A stretch of 35,601 nucleotides of DNA, from positions 1-35,601 of the IMG/VR virus record IMGVR_UViG_3300045988_153050; one strand, given 5' to 3'. Position numbers and translations under genes: made by a program. Origin of the DNA: a virus. Below are positions 21,289 to 32,400 of the stretch, one piece after another (the stretch's first letter is position 1; each line of letters starts with the position of its first letter). The notes under the pieces are model-generated. The model saw only the letters and a list, made by a program, of their open reading frames with translations, did no database searches and was not told the origin of the DNA.

Positions 21289-21642
21289 ATGGATAAAGAG
21301 ACTTGGTTTCAGAGTATTTCTGAACAATTAGAGCGTTTAGGTACTGACCCGGTACCCTACGCCCCACAAATCGACGCGCTGGCCGGTATCCTGGCCCAAC
21401 GCGACGCGACCCGTGCAGAGTTTGACGCTGAGGGGGCTAGCTCGCTCAGTGAGCCGACGGCTAGCGGGGTGACACGGAAAAACCCCCTGCTTGTGGCATG
21501 GGATGACCTGAATAAAACCGCTTTGGCGTATTGGCGGGAGATGGGCCTGACCCCGGCCAGCTATAAAAAGGTGGCTGGGGACGAAAACCGAAAGGATAAG
21601 AAGCTGCCACCGCTTGCGGCGGCGCTGGCATCCCTTGAGTAA
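21289..21642 (+). CDS. terS: Terminase small subunit (P27 family-like)
   Basis: 117 aa. [11 protein letters not shown] resembles the P27-family GLTPxSR motif. Position also supports the call. Confidence 0.7.
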   Translation: MDKETWFQSISEQLERLGTDPVPYAPQIDALAGILAQRDATRAEFDAEGASSLSEPTASGVTRKNPLLVAWDDLNKTALAYWREMGLTPASYKKVAGDENRKDKKLPPLAAALASLE

Positions 21643-23401
21643 GCGCGAGAACAAACCGGGCCGCAACTGGCCCGCGGTGCTGGAATACGCCGACTCCATC
21701 CGGGATGGGCGGAAAATCGCCTGTGACGAACTGAAACAGACGGTCGAGCGGTTTTTCCGGGATTTGGAAAATCCTGATTACTGGATGGATTACAAAGCAC
21801 CTGAGTTTTGCATTGGCATCATCGAAAAAACGATGTGCCACCAGCAGGGCGAACGGCTGGACGGTGAGCCGCTGAGAGGTAAGCCGTTCCTGTTAGAGCC
21901 GTTTCACAAATTCATCATTTACAACCTGGTTGGTTTCAAGCTGACTGGAACGAAGATCGTCAGATACCATGAAGCATTGATATATATCCCACGCAAAAAT
22001 ATCAAAACTTCTTTTGCTGCTTCTCTTGCCTGGGCGCTGTCCTTGTTGTATCGGCGTTCCGGCTCGAAAATGTACATTGCGTCCGCTGCGCTCATGCAGT
22101 CTATGGAGTCCTACAATTTCCTAGCCTACAACATTCGGCGGCTGGGTGAGGATTCTAAGGACGGCGGGAGTGTTCGGATTGTGGACAACCACAATGAGCA
22201 TAGCTTGTCCGCCGATTTGGGGGACGGTTCGTTTTTCATCCGGGCGCTGGCCGCAAACCCAGACAGTCAGGACTCGTTGAACGCGAACATTGCAATCTGT
22301 GATGAGATTCATGCGTTCAAACAGCCCAAGCAATACAACCTGTTCAAGGAAGCCATGAAAGCCTATACAAATAAACTGCTGATCGGCATTTCCACAGCAG
22401 GCGATAATGAGCAGGCCTTTCTTGGACAGCGCTTGAAATACTGTCGGAAGGTCCTGGACGGTACGGTTTCCGATGAACAGTATTTTATCTTTATGTGCTG
22501 CGCCCCGGATGGTGTGCGTGACGGCTCGGTAGATTTTACGGACCCGAAAATTCACGAAATGGCTAACCCTGCCTATGGGGTGAGCATCCGTCCGGAGGAA
22601 ATTCTGAACGACAGTTTACAGGCCCAGAACGACCCGCAACAGCGAAAAGATTTTTTTGCAAAATCGCTGAACGTGTACACCAACGCAATGCGGGCATATT
22701 TCGACGTAGACGAATTCCGGGCCAGTGACAACGAATATAAGTGGACGCTGGAAGAGCTGGCAAAGCTCCCGATTGACTGGTACGGCGGGGCTGACCTGTC
22801 CAAGCTGCACGATCTGACCGCGGCGGCTCTGTTCGGCCACTATAAGGGCGTTGACATCGTGATTACTCACGCATTTTTCCCTGTTGTGGCCGCCCACCTG
22901 AAAGCAGACCAAGACAATATTCCGCTGTTTGGCTGGGCCGAGGATGGTTGGCTGACACTGTGCAACAGTCCCACGGTAAATCACCAGGACGTGGTAGCAT
23001 GGTTTGATGGTATGCGGCAGATGGGCTTCCGTATCCGGCAGGTTGGGCACGACCGGAAATTTTGCCGTGAGTATTTTCTGGGCATGAAAGAGGCCGGGTT
23101 TAAGATCATCGACCAACCGCAATACTACTACAAAAAATCTGAGGGCTTCCGGTATCTGGAACATTCCGCGAAAAACGGCAAACTGTACTACCTGCACTCT
23201 GAGGCGTTTGAGTATTGCGTGGAGAATGTCGCGGCGGTCGAGAAAACCGACGATATGATTCAGTACGAAAAAGTGCAGCCTGAGCATAGAATCGACCTGT
23301 TTGATGCCTCAGTTTTTGCCTGCATCCGGTACCTGGAGAACATGGACAAACGACAGAAAGCAAGCGCCTGGTGGGGCGCTCATAGGGGTGATGACGATTG
23401 A
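21614..23401 (+). CDS. terL: Terminase large subunit
   Basis: About 590 aa. The ATPase region has the acidic box [10 protein letters not shown], and a C-terminal nuclease domain is present. The start is uncertain (TTG at 21614 or 21635). Confidence 0.85.
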   Translation: MRRRWHPLSKRENKPGRNWPAVLEYADSIRDGRKIACDELKQTVERFFRDLENPDYWMDYKAPEFCIGIIEKTMCHQQGERLDGEPLRGKPFLLEPFHKFIIYNLVGFKLTGTKIVRYHEALIYIPRKNIKTSFAASLAWALSLLYRRSGSKMYIASAALMQSMESYNFLAYNIRRLGEDSKDGGSVRIVDNHNEHSLSADLGDGSFFIRALAANPDSQDSLNANIAICDEIHAFKQPKQYNLFKEAMKAYTNKLLIGISTAGDNEQAFLGQRLKYCRKVLDGTVSDEQYFIFMCCAPDGVRDGSVDFTDPKIHEMANPAYGVSIRPEEILNDSLQAQNDPQQRKDFFAKSLNVYTNAMRAYFDVDEFRASDNEYKWTLEELAKLPIDWYGGADLSKLHDLTAAALFGHYKGVDIVITHAFFPVVAAHLKADQDNIPLFGWAEDGWLTLCNSPTVNHQDVVAWFDGMRQMGFRIRQVGHDRKFCREYFLGMKEAGFKIIDQPQYYYKKSEGFRYLEHSAKNGKLYYLHSEAFEYCVENVAAVEKTDDMIQYEKVQPEHRIDLFDASVFACIRYLENMDKRQKASAWWGAHRGDDD

Positions 23402-24582
23402 GCAAACGCAGACAGAAAGCGCGGGCTGAGCCTACGCAGAGACGGAGCGCCGCCGCGTGGCTGTGCGATGCGTCGCAATACGATAATCTGGCCTGTCGGG
23501 GCTATGTCAGCCTGGCGCACAACCCGGAAATCGCGGCGGGCGTGGACACAATCGCCCGGTTGGTGGGCAGTATGACTATCAATCTCATGCAGAACACCGA
23601 CGCGGGAGATGTGCGTATCCGCAACGAACTGGCCCGGAAGATCGACATTAACCCGAACAGTTACACCACGCGGGCCGGGTTCATCCATTGGATTGTCCGC
23701 ACGATGTACCTGGAGGGACACGGGAACGCGGTGGTCTGGCCGAACACCAGAGCCGGAATCATCCGCGACCTAAACCCGGTCCCGCCTGCTTTCGTGGCAT
23801 TTATCCCCGACGGGTGGGGGTATCATGCAGTAATCAGCGGGCAGACCTACCAGCCCGATAAAATCCTGCATTTTGCCCTCAACCCGGATAGCCTGTATCC
23901 GTGGCTTGGTACCGGGTACCGCGTGTCTCTGGCCGCTGTTGCGGACAACCTGAAACAGGCGTCGGCAACGCAGCGGGGATTTATGGCCAGCAAATGGAAA
24001 CCGTCTCTCGTGGTGAAGGTCGATGGTTTGATCGACGAATTTTCCAGCCCGGAGGGCCGGAAAAACCTGTTGGATTCCTACGCTGCGAGTGGTGAGGCCG
24101 GGGAACCGTGGCTCATCCCGTCCGACCAGTTCAGCGTTGAGCAAATCAAACCGCTCACTCTGTCTGACCTGGCCCTTGACGCAATGGTCACGCTGGACAA
24201 ACGGACCGTTGCGGCGGTGCTGGGTATCCCGCCGTTTGTGCTGGGTGTGGGCGATTTCAATCGCGATGCCTGGAACAATTTCGTAAATACAACCATTATG
24301 CCCCTGGCCCGTTGTATCGAGCAGGAGTTGACCCGGAAACTGCTGTATTCCCCTGACCTTTTTTTCAGGTTCAACAGCTGGAGCTTGTACAGCTACAACA
24401 TTACCGAGCTGGTGAGCGCGGGCGCTGAGATGGTGGACAGAATGGCGTTGCGGCGCAATGAGTGGCGCGGGTGGTTGAACTTACCGCCTGACCCAGACAT
24501 GAATGAACTACTTGCCCTTGAGAACTACATTCCGGCTGACCGGCTGGGGGACCAAGGCAAGCTGACCCAGGGAGGTGAATAA
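23398..24582 (+). CDS. Portal protein (HK97 family)
   Basis: About 394 aa, following terL (TTG start overlapping the terL stop). The order terL, portal, protease, capsid is conserved. Confidence 0.8.
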   Translation: MSKRRQKARAEPTQRRSAAAWLCDASQYDNLACRGYVSLAHNPEIAAGVDTIARLVGSMTINLMQNTDAGDVRIRNELARKIDINPNSYTTRAGFIHWIVRTMYLEGHGNAVVWPNTRAGIIRDLNPVPPAFVAFIPDGWGYHAVISGQTYQPDKILHFALNPDSLYPWLGTGYRVSLAAVADNLKQASATQRGFMASKWKPSLVVKVDGLIDEFSSPEGRKNLLDSYAASGEAGEPWLIPSDQFSVEQIKPLTLSDLALDAMVTLDKRTVAAVLGIPPFVLGVGDFNRDAWNNFVNTTIMPLARCIEQELTRKLLYSPDLFFRFNSWSLYSYNITELVSAGAEMVDRMALRRNEWRGWLNLPPDPDMNELLALENYIPADRLGDQGKLTQGGE

Positions 24583-24584
24583 AC

Positions 24585-25172
24585 GTGGAACATAGAAGTA
24601 TGTTAATGCAGGACATGAAAACCCGTGAAGACGGGGATGACCTTTACCTTGAGGGTTACTTCGTGGTTTACAACTCCCCATACGAACTGTGGCCCGGTGC
24701 GACTGAGAGCGTAGCACCCGGCGCATTTTCCGAAAGCCTGACCGGGGACGTTCGGGCGCTGTTCAACCATAATCAGGACATTGTGTTAGGCCGCACGACC
24801 AACGGCACGTTGGAGTTGAGCGACGATGCGCGGGGACTGTATGGCCGGGTTAAGATCAATCGAAACGACACCGACGCTATGAACGCCTACCAGCGTATCG
24901 CACGGGGCGATGTTACCGGTTGTTCGTTTGGTTTCGACGTGGAGAAACAGACCGAGGAGTTCCGTGACGACGGGACGATTCACTGGACACTGGAGAAAAT
25001 CGCCCCGCTGTACGAGGTATCACCCTGTACGTTCCCGGCCTATGAGGCTACGAGTATTTCCGCCCGTAAGCGGGATTTTGAGGATGCAAAGCGCCGCCGG
25101 GCCGATGCCTGGAAAAAGCGCACGATGGAGCGGCTGAGAAAGGCCGCTGGAAAGGAGACTAAGGATGCTTAA
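24585..25172 (+). CDS. Prohead maturation protease (HK97 family, S78)
   Basis: LEGYFVVYNSPY....PGAF..SL.....ALFNHN.D.VLGR...GTLELSDD..GL matches the HK97 protease pattern. Confidence 0.8.
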   Translation: MEHRSMLMQDMKTREDGDDLYLEGYFVVYNSPYELWPGATESVAPGAFSESLTGDVRALFNHNQDIVLGRTTNGTLELSDDARGLYGRVKINRNDTDAMNAYQRIARGDVTGCSFGFDVEKQTEEFRDDGTIHWTLEKIAPLYEVSPCTFPAYEATSISARKRDFEDAKRRRADAWKKRTMERLRKAAGKETKDA

Positions 25173-26847
25173 AGCCCTTATGCTGAAGCGCTCCCTGGAC
25201 GGGAAGCGCAACGAACTGGCCGAGCTGGAAAGAGCCGCCGAGCAGTTTGCTACTCGCGAGGCCGAGCTTGAGGCCGCAATTGCCGAGGTTGAGCCCGGCA
25301 ACACCGAGCAGGAGCAGGCCGTAAACGCCGAGATCGAGAAGTTCGAGGCCGACAAAGCCGCGCACGATGAGCAGGTTGAGACCCTGCGTGCTGGTATTGC
25401 GGCCCTTGAGACTGAGCTTGAGGAGCTGGAACGTTCCGCCCCCAAGCCCGCCGCCCCTGCTGAACCCAAAACCGAGCCTGAGAAGAGAGGTGCTATTATG
25501 CCGAATACTATCAACCTGCGCTCCCTGCCCATGAACCGCCGGGCTTTTGATGCCCTGCCTACTGAGCAGAGAAGCGCTATCATCGCACAGCCCGACGTCA
25601 AGGACTTTCTGGCCCGCGTCCGTGACATGCGCGGCCAGACCCGCGCCGTGACCGGTGCTGAGCTGACTATCCCCGTCACCTTCCTGGAGCTGGTGGCGGA
25701 AAACATGTACCGCTACTCCAAACTGATGAACCGCGTCCGTGTGCGGAACGTGACCGGTGAGGCCAGACAGACCATCGCTGGTACCATCCCCGAAGCCGTA
25801 TGGACTGAGATGTGCGGTGCTATCAATGAGCTGTCGTTCGGTTTCAACCAGATCACCACCGACGGCTACAAGGTGGCGGGCTTTATCCCTGTCTGTAACT
25901 CCCTGCTGGAGGACAACGACATTAACCTTGCCTCTTATATCGTCGAGGCGCTGTCTGAGGCTATCGGTCTGGCCGCCGACAAGGCCATTCTGTACGGCAA
26001 GGGCGGCGCAAGCAAGATGCCCCTGGGCATTGTTACCAGACTGGCACAGTCCAGCCAGCCCAGCGACTACCCCGCCAACGCTCCCGCTTGGGAGGACCTG
26101 CACGTCTCCAACATCAAGAAGATCGGCGGCGATTCTGTGACCGGCGCACAGTTCTGGGCGCAGCTCATGGAGGCAACCGGCGCGACCTACACCAGATACA
26201 GCCGGGGCAATCAGTTCTGGGCGATGAATTCCAAGACCTATGCAAAGCTCAAGTCCAAGCTGATCTCTTTTACTGCCACCGGTGACATCGTGGCCAACCT
26301 GTTCGGCGTCCTGCCTATCATCAACGGTGACATCGACGTTCTGGAGTTCATTCCCGACGGTGACATCATCGGCGGCTACGGTGACCTGTACCTGCTGACC
26401 CAGCGCTCCGGCATGACTATCGAAAGCTCTACCGAGGTGCAGTTCATTCAGGACAACACTGTTTTCAAGGGCAAGCAGCGTATGGATGGTACTCCTATCA
26501 TTCCCGGCGCTTTTGTGGCGGTCAATATCAACAACGTTGACGTTACCACTACTGCGACCTTCGCCGCCGACACTGCCAACGACGCAGACCTGACCGGTAT
26601 CGACGGCCTGACCCTGTCTCCCGCGTTCAGCGCAGACGTGACGGCTTACACTGCCACCGCTTCCACCGCGGCCAATGTTACCGCCACCCCCGCCAACGCC
26701 AACGCCGCCGTTGCACTGTCCTACAACGGCAAGAACGTCGTGAACGGCGCGAGTGTTACCCCCGTGACCGGTACTAAGGACCTGGTTATCACCGTTAAGA
26801 ACGGCAACAAGACCAAGGTCTACACCGTGGCCGTCACCAAGTCTTAA
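25165..26847 (+). CDS. Major capsid protein (HK97 fold) with an N-terminal coiled-coil delta domain and a C-terminal cadherin-like/Ig-like extension
   Basis: N-terminal scaffold-like coiled coil, then the capsid core. The last 85 aa or so (from about 26587) fit the cadherin-like beta-sandwich pattern (L.LSPAF....T.YTATA....VT.T......V.....G.......V.......L.ITV...N.TKVYTV.V). Confidence 0.8.
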   Translation: MLKALMLKRSLDGKRNELAELERAAEQFATREAELEAAIAEVEPGNTEQEQAVNAEIEKFEADKAAHDEQVETLRAGIAALETELEELERSAPKPAAPAEPKTEPEKRGAIMPNTINLRSLPMNRRAFDALPTEQRSAIIAQPDVKDFLARVRDMRGQTRAVTGAELTIPVTFLELVAENMYRYSKLMNRVRVRNVTGEARQTIAGTIPEAVWTEMCGAINELSFGFNQITTDGYKVAGFIPVCNSLLEDNDINLASYIVEALSEAIGLAADKAILYGKGGASKMPLGIVTRLAQSSQPSDYPANAPAWEDLHVSNIKKIGGDSVTGAQFWAQLMEATGATYTRYSRGNQFWAMNSKTYAKLKSKLISFTATGDIVANLFGVLPIINGDIDVLEFIPDGDIIGGYGDLYLLTQRSGMTIESSTEVQFIQDNTVFKGKQRMDGTPIIPGAFVAVNINNVDVTTTATFAADTANDADLTGIDGLTLSPAFSADVTAYTATASTAANVTATPANANAAVALSYNGKNVVNGASVTPVTGTKDLVITVKNGNKTKVYTVAVTKS

Positions 26848-26849
26848 CC

Positions 26850-27125
26850 ATGACGGCGGCTAATGTGTTGCCGCTGTTGCAGGTCGATCTTGGGGAACTG
26901 TACCCCACGGATGAACGGAAAAACTACCTCTCGCAGGTGATAGACGCGGCCATTGCGTTTATCACCCGCGAGGGTATCACCCTGGAGGATACCGTCGAGG
27001 ACCTGCAACTGGTGGAGATGTACGCGGCCTATCTGGTGCGTAAACGCAACACCACCGAGGCAATGCCGCGTATGCTGCGGTGGGCACTAAACAACCGGCT
27101 TTTTAGTCAGAAATCGGGGGGCTGA
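26850..27125 (+). CDS. Head-tail connector (gp6-like)
   Basis: 91 aa, in the position and with the pattern typical of Phage_connect_1 proteins. Confidence 0.6.
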   Translation: MTAANVLPLLQVDLGELYPTDERKNYLSQVIDAAIAFITREGITLEDTVEDLQLVEMYAAYLVRKRNTTEAMPRMLRWALNNRLFSQKSGG

Positions 27126-27127
27126 AC

Positions 27128-27481
27128 ATGTACGACAGCGGGGTAATGTTTTTGCACCGGGGCGCGAACGTCGCAGAACCGGGAGAGGCCCCGGAGCTGG
27201 TGTACGTTCAGGTCTGGGGCGCGAACTACGAAAACAGGACGGTAGGCATCCAGCGGTATTATACCGCGCTGGAACACGCAAACCGGGCCGATTTGCTGAT
27301 ACGTGTGCCCAGATATTACGCGATCTCACCCACCACCGACCGGGTGAAACTGTCCCCGGTGGACCATCTGGATGATGGGACGTATAGGGTGGCACAGGTG
27401 CAACAGGTTACAGATTCGGACGGCCTACCGGCTACGGATATTACATTAGAGAGGATGGATGCGCTGGATGGAAACCATTAA
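27128..27481 (+). CDS. Head closure / head-tail adaptor protein
   Basis: 117 aa. Call is based on gene order in the HK97-like neck module. Confidence 0.55.
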   Translation: MYDSGVMFLHRGANVAEPGEAPELVYVQVWGANYENRTVGIQRYYTALEHANRADLLIRVPRYYAISPTTDRVKLSPVDHLDDGTYRVAQVQQVTDSDGLPATDITLERMDALDGNH

Positions 27482-27779
27482 ACAGGCACTATTAGCGTTG
27501 ACCTCTAATGTATTTCAGTTTGTTTCCGCTCCTAGCACCGTGCCGCCCTATATCATCTATCAGCAGGACGGGGACAATGATCTCTGCGCCGGGAACCGCC
27601 ACGCAGAGACAGCGGCGGTTGTAATCGTTGACCTGTTCACCAAAAAAGCGAAAGACCCGTTAGTAGCAAGTATCCCGGCGGCGTTGGAGGGTGCGGGCGC
27701 GTCCTGGTATCTAAACTCTACGCAGTACGAGAACGAAACGGGGCTGTATCATTTTGAGTGGTACGCTGAGGTGGTGTAA
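27459..27779 (+). CDS. Neck / tail-completion protein (DUF3168-like), tentative
   Basis: 106 aa. VSAPSTVPPYIIYQQDG is reminiscent of DUF3168. Call also rests on gene order. Confidence 0.45.
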   Translation: MRWMETIKQALLALTSNVFQFVSAPSTVPPYIIYQQDGDNDLCAGNRHAETAAVVIVDLFTKKAKDPLVASIPAALEGAGASWYLNSTQYENETGLYHFEWYAEVV

Positions 27780-27781
27780 AA

Positions 27782-28234
27782 ATGCCCAGTATCAAAATCA
27801 CCGGGGCCGATGAGCTAGTGATGGTGTTAAACCGTCTGTCCGAGGAATCAGAGGGCGCGATTAAAAAAGCCGTGTTCGACGGCGCGGCTGTAATCGCCGA
27901 TGCCGTGCGCTCTAACATTAACGGCCTGCGCGTTGACGGTCCTAGCGCGTGGGAGACCCGACGCAGAACTGAGCAGAAAGCCGGACTGCAAGCCGGATTG
28001 ACCACCTACCAGATAGAGGACAAGGGCGGCAAGATCGAGGGCGGCGTCGGGTTTTCCGGCACAAACAGCCGGGGCCAGTCAAACCGGATGATTGCCCGTG
28101 CTTTTAATTCTGGTACATCATTCAATAGCAAGCAACCTTTTTTTGAGAGGGCTGTTCGCTCCAGCCGTGGCGCGGCGCAAGCCGCCGTCAAGGCTACACT
28201 TGAGGAAGAAATTCAAAAAATCGTGAAAGGATGA
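27782..28234 (+). CDS. HK97 gp10-family neck protein
   Basis: N-terminus MPSIKITGADEL...LNRLSE......KAV..GA.VIADAVRSN is typical of the gp10 family. Confidence 0.65.
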   Translation: MPSIKITGADELVMVLNRLSEESEGAIKKAVFDGAAVIADAVRSNINGLRVDGPSAWETRRRTEQKAGLQAGLTTYQIEDKGGKIEGGVGFSGTNSRGQSNRMIARAFNSGTSFNSKQPFFERAVRSSRGAAQAAVKATLEEEIQKIVKG

Positions 28235-28243
28235 GTGTAATCT

Positions 28244-28846
28244 ATGGCAACTATTGGTCTTTCCAAGCCCTATTACGCCCTGTACAGCGCTACCGGCAAC
28301 ACCGTCACCTACTCCGGCGGCGGTCTGCTGGGCAAGGCAACCGAGCTGTCCCTTGAGTTGGAAGGTGCCGACACTAATGTACTGTACGCAGACAACGCCC
28401 CCGCTGAGAGTGACAACCAGTTTGCAGGCGGTACCCTGAACATCACCACCGACGATCTGCTCCCCGAGCCTATGAAGGCCATTCTGGGCATCACCGAGAA
28501 AGTCCTGGATGAGGCCGCTTCCGGCTCTTCCGACAAATGGCTTGTTTTCGATGATACCCAGGCCATTCCTTACGTTGGTTTCGGCGGCATCATCAAGGCC
28601 AAACAGGGCGGCACGGTGAAGTGGATTGCTTTGGTACTTACCAAGGTACAGTTTACCAACCCCGGTGTGGCCGCCACCACCCAGGGCGAAACCATCGAGT
28701 GGCAGACCAAGAGCTTGAGCGCCACCGTAATGCGTGATGACAGCACTAATCACGTTTGGCAGATGCAGAGCACTCCGCTGGCAACCGAGGCGGCGGCTGA
28801 GGCAGCCATTAAAAAGGCGCTGGGTATTACCGACGTGGCAGCTTAA
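28244..28846 (+). CDS. Major tail protein (phi13-family-like)
   Basis: 200 aa, immediately upstream of the chaperone and tape-measure genes. N-terminus MATIGLSKPYYALY. Confidence 0.7.
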   Translation: MATIGLSKPYYALYSATGNTVTYSGGGLLGKATELSLELEGADTNVLYADNAPAESDNQFAGGTLNITTDDLLPEPMKAILGITEKVLDEAASGSSDKWLVFDDTQAIPYVGFGGIIKAKQGGTVKWIALVLTKVQFTNPGVAATTQGETIEWQTKSLSATVMRDDSTNHVWQMQSTPLATEAAAEAAIKKALGITDVAA

Positions 28847-28861
28847 CAGGAGGGCTGAGGT

Positions 28862-29242
28862 GTGAGAACTGGAAAAATCACTGTGAACGGGCTGGACTAT
28901 ATCACCTGCCTGTCTACCCGTGTACTTGTGGCGCTGGAAGAGCGCGGCGGGGATGCGGACAAGGAATTAGCCCGCATTATGAAATCAGCCAAACTGTCTG
29001 ACCTGTTTTGGCTGCTGGCCCAGATGATCGACGCGGGCAACCGGTACGCCAAACTTGAGGGCCTGGAAAACCCCGGCACTCTGTCGCTTGACGAACTCAT
29101 GGATACCATGGGGCCGGACGATTACGAGGGCATGACTACGGCAATGACTGAGACGGTGCGGGCCGGTACGACCCCCACCGTGGAGGCCAAACCCGGCAAG
29201 GGTAGCCGAAAAAACGCAGAAACCAGTCAAGCGGACGGGTAA
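28862..29242 (+). CDS. Tail assembly chaperone (G-like)
   Basis: 126 aa, upstream of the tape-measure gene. Contains a slippery heptamer near its 3' end. Confidence 0.7.
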   Translation: MRTGKITVNGLDYITCLSTRVLVALEERGGDADKELARIMKSAKLSDLFWLLAQMIDAGNRYAKLEGLENPGTLSLDELMDTMGPDDYEGMTTAMTETVRAGTTPTVEAKPGKGSRKNAETSQADG

Positions 29243-29427
29243 CGCCTGCCTGGTATATCTGGTACGGTCTCCAGGTGGGATTAACCCGCCTGGAGACCTT
29301 TGATTTACCCGTGTCCTGCCTGTTAGATTTGATTGCGGTGCATCAAATCAAAACAGAGGGGGCAGAACCGAAACCCACTAGGGAAGACGAAGCGCGGGAG
29401 TTTATGCGCTTGCTAACCTACCAGTAA
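28862..29427 (+). CDS. Tail assembly chaperone -1 frameshift product (GT-like)
   Basis: A_AAA_AAC at 29209-29215 in the G frame. The -1 frame is open from there to the TAA at 29425-29427 (..RRNQSSGRVTPAWYIWYGLQVGLTRLETFDLP..). Confidence 0.6.
29209..29215 (+). promoter_or_regulatory. Programmed -1 ribosomal frameshift slippery site
   Basis: X_XXY_YYZ heptamer A_AAA_AAC in the zero frame (cgA AAA AAC). Confidence 0.6.
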
Positions 29428-29439
29428 AGGGGTGTATCA

Positions 29440-32400
29440 ATGGCAACAGACGTATCTATTAAGTTGGGCGTCACCGGTGAGAGCGACTTAACGTCTGCCT
29501 TAAAGGGCGTAGAAAGCCGAATTAAGAACCTCAACTCAGAGATGAAAGCCGCCGTTTCGTCTATGTCTGGACTTGAGAACGCAGAACAGCAGGCGGCTAA
29601 AAAATCGGACATTCTCACCCGGTCCATCGACGCAACGAAAGACAAGATCGGTATTCTGTCGCAGCAGTACGACAAGGCAAAAGCCAAACTGGACGAACTG
29701 GGCGCAGAGTTGGAAAACGCCCGGCAACAGTTCGGGGAAAACTCAGCCGAAGCTCTGAGAGCCGAAGCCGCCTATAATAGACAGGCTGTAACGGTGAACA
29801 ACCTGGGTACCAAGATCAATAACGCAACCGCCGACATGAACAAAATGGAGGCAGAGCTGCGGGACCTGGGAAACGATGCCAACCGCGCCGGGGATGGTAT
29901 GGACCGGCTGGGTGATGATGCGGACCAGGCGGGAAATGCTTTTCAGCAGTTGGGCAATAAAATTTCCCGGCAGGAGGCGGAGCTGAACAGGCTGAAATCC
30001 GCGTATAGTAGCGCCGTGCTGTCCTTTGGTAAAGGTTCCCGCGAGGCGCGAGACCTTGAGAATCAGATTGACCGGCTGTCTACGGAGCTAAAACAGAGTA
30101 AAACCGCGTTCCGGCAGGCGGCAGACGCGGCGGACGATTTTGATAACTCTATGGACGATGCGGGGGACGGCGCAGGCGGGCTAATGGACAAGCTCGGCGG
30201 CATCAAGGGTTCGCTTGTTGGCGGCGCTATTGGCGGCGCAATATCTGGATTGGTTCAATCCGCCGTCTCTGGCATAAAATCTCTCGTGGAGGAAACCGCC
30301 GAATATCAAAAAATCATGGGCGTGCTGGAGGTGTCCAGCCAAAAGGCCGGGTACACGGCGGAACAGACCGGGCAGAGTTACAGGCAGTTATACGCCATTA
30401 TCGGCGAAGACCAGGCAAGCGCCACCGCACTGGCTAACCTGCAAGCCCTTGGTTTGTCCCAGTCTGAGCTAACAACACTTATTGACGGGTGCATTGGTGC
30501 ATGGGCAACGTATGGTGATAGCATCCCTATTGATTCCTTGGCGGAGGCGATAAACGAGACCATAAAGACGGGCACTGTGACCTCGTCATTCGCCGATGTA
30601 CTTAATTGGGCGGGAACCAGCGAGGATGATTTTAACAAAAAATTAGAGGCCACAAAAGACCCCGCCGAACGCGCCCGGCTGGTGCTGGACGAACTAGCAA
30701 GGCAGGGCTTACCGCAACTAGCCGATGCTTTCCGGGAGGCAAACCCGGAAGTCGTGGCCATGAACGAAGCGCAGGCGCAAATGCAGGATGCTATGGCTGG
30801 CCTTGGGGCTGCTTTTGCCCCCGTTGTTGCTGGGGTGACAGAGGCTCTTGCGGGGCTTATGGCGGCCTTGACCCCTGTCGGGGAGGCTATTTCTACGGTA
30901 TTTCTCAAGGCGTTTGAGCTGTTACAGCCCGTCATAGACGGGTTGAAAGAGCGGTTTCAGGATGTCAAGAACGCGATAAACGAGGCCTTCACCCCCGAAC
31001 AGCAGGCCGCGATCTCTAAGTTTTTCAGTACGCTTGCTACACTAGTCGTTGCTGCCCCGTTTGCTGCGCTGGCCGCAGTGATTAACATCGTGGTAACGGC
31101 GGTAGAGCTATTGATCAATGTGATCGGTGCGTTGGTGGGGTTTTTCAGCGAGACACTGCCTAGCGCGATTCAAACCGCAGTGAGCTGGATAGCACAGCTT
31201 CCGGGGAAAATAAGCTCTTTCTTCTCGACGGTGATAGCCAATGTATCCGCCTGGGCCTCAGAGATGGTTTCTAAGGCCGTGGACGTTGGCGGGCGGTTTT
31301 TGTCTTCCATCGGCAACTTTTTCGGACAGTTACCCGGAAAAATCGCCTCTTTCCTTGCCGGTGCGCTCAGTGCAATCGCCGGATGGGCTTCCAACGCGAT
31401 AGCTAAAGCGGCGGAAGCCGGGAATGGTGTTCTTTCTGCTATCGGCAACTTTTTCGGGCAGATACCCGGAAAAATAGCATCCCTTCTTGCCGGTGCGCTG
31501 TCCGCGTTGGCTTCCTGGGCCGCAAATATGGCGGCTAAGGCGCGGGCTGGAATGGCTAACGTGCGAAACGCTATTGTAAGCACCTTGCAGGCTATCCCTG
31601 GACAGGTTGCGTCCGTCGGTAGAAATATCGTGCAGGGTCTATGGAACGGTATCCAGGGCGCGGCGGGCTGGTTGCTTGGGCGGATTAAGGGCTGGTGCAG
31701 CAACATACTGAACGGTATAAAGGGATTTTTCGGTATCCATTCCCCGTCGCGAGTGATGCGTGATGAGGTAGGCGTGCAGTTGGCTAAAGGCATGGCCTTG
31801 GGTATCCGGGACGGTGAGAGCTACGTTATCCGGGCGGAAAAATCCCAGGCTGCCAAAGTCGTAGCTGTTGCGGCGGGTGCAGCGGATGAGGTGGAAGATA
31901 CCTGGAAAGAAACCAACCAGAGACTGCTTGACGATACCGCAAAGCGGCTTAATGTCAGCGTTGACACTTACAAGAAGTCCTATAACCAGGTCGTCGACCT
32001 CACAAGTGAGCTTAATAACCGCCTAGTGGCGAAAGAGGAAGAGCTTACTAAGCGTCTAGAGGATACGGGGCTTGACGATGCGACCAAGGAAGCACTTAAT
32101 GCACAGTTAAGCGCGGTAAAAGAGTTCCGCACGGAGTACGAAGCGGCGCTGTCTGAGATTGAAAAAGCTCAGGAAAGCATGGCCGACAAACTGCGGGACT
32201 ACGGCGAACTGTTCCAGTCCGTGAAAGACGAAACCGGGGAATTTTTGGAGCTGTCCGACCTGCAAGAGCAGATTGACGGCATCGAGCGATACGGGGACGC
32301 GCTGGAAAGCCTCAAAAACCGGGGCGTATCCGATAGCCTGCTAGATGAAATCATCGGTATGGACGTAGATAAGGCAACCGCCTACACCGAGAAGCTGTTG

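Noticed and set aside
8590-31793. Many long antisense or alternative-frame ORFs (for example 9808-10533, 11349-11969, 13054-13779, 22616-23287, 25020-26103, 30378-30935, 31170-31793)
   Set aside because: Long spurious open frames are expected in GC-rich DNA opposite real genes. Their compositions are Arg/Pro/Ser-rich and low in complexity, they have no RBS, and each overlaps a gene with clear family motifs.
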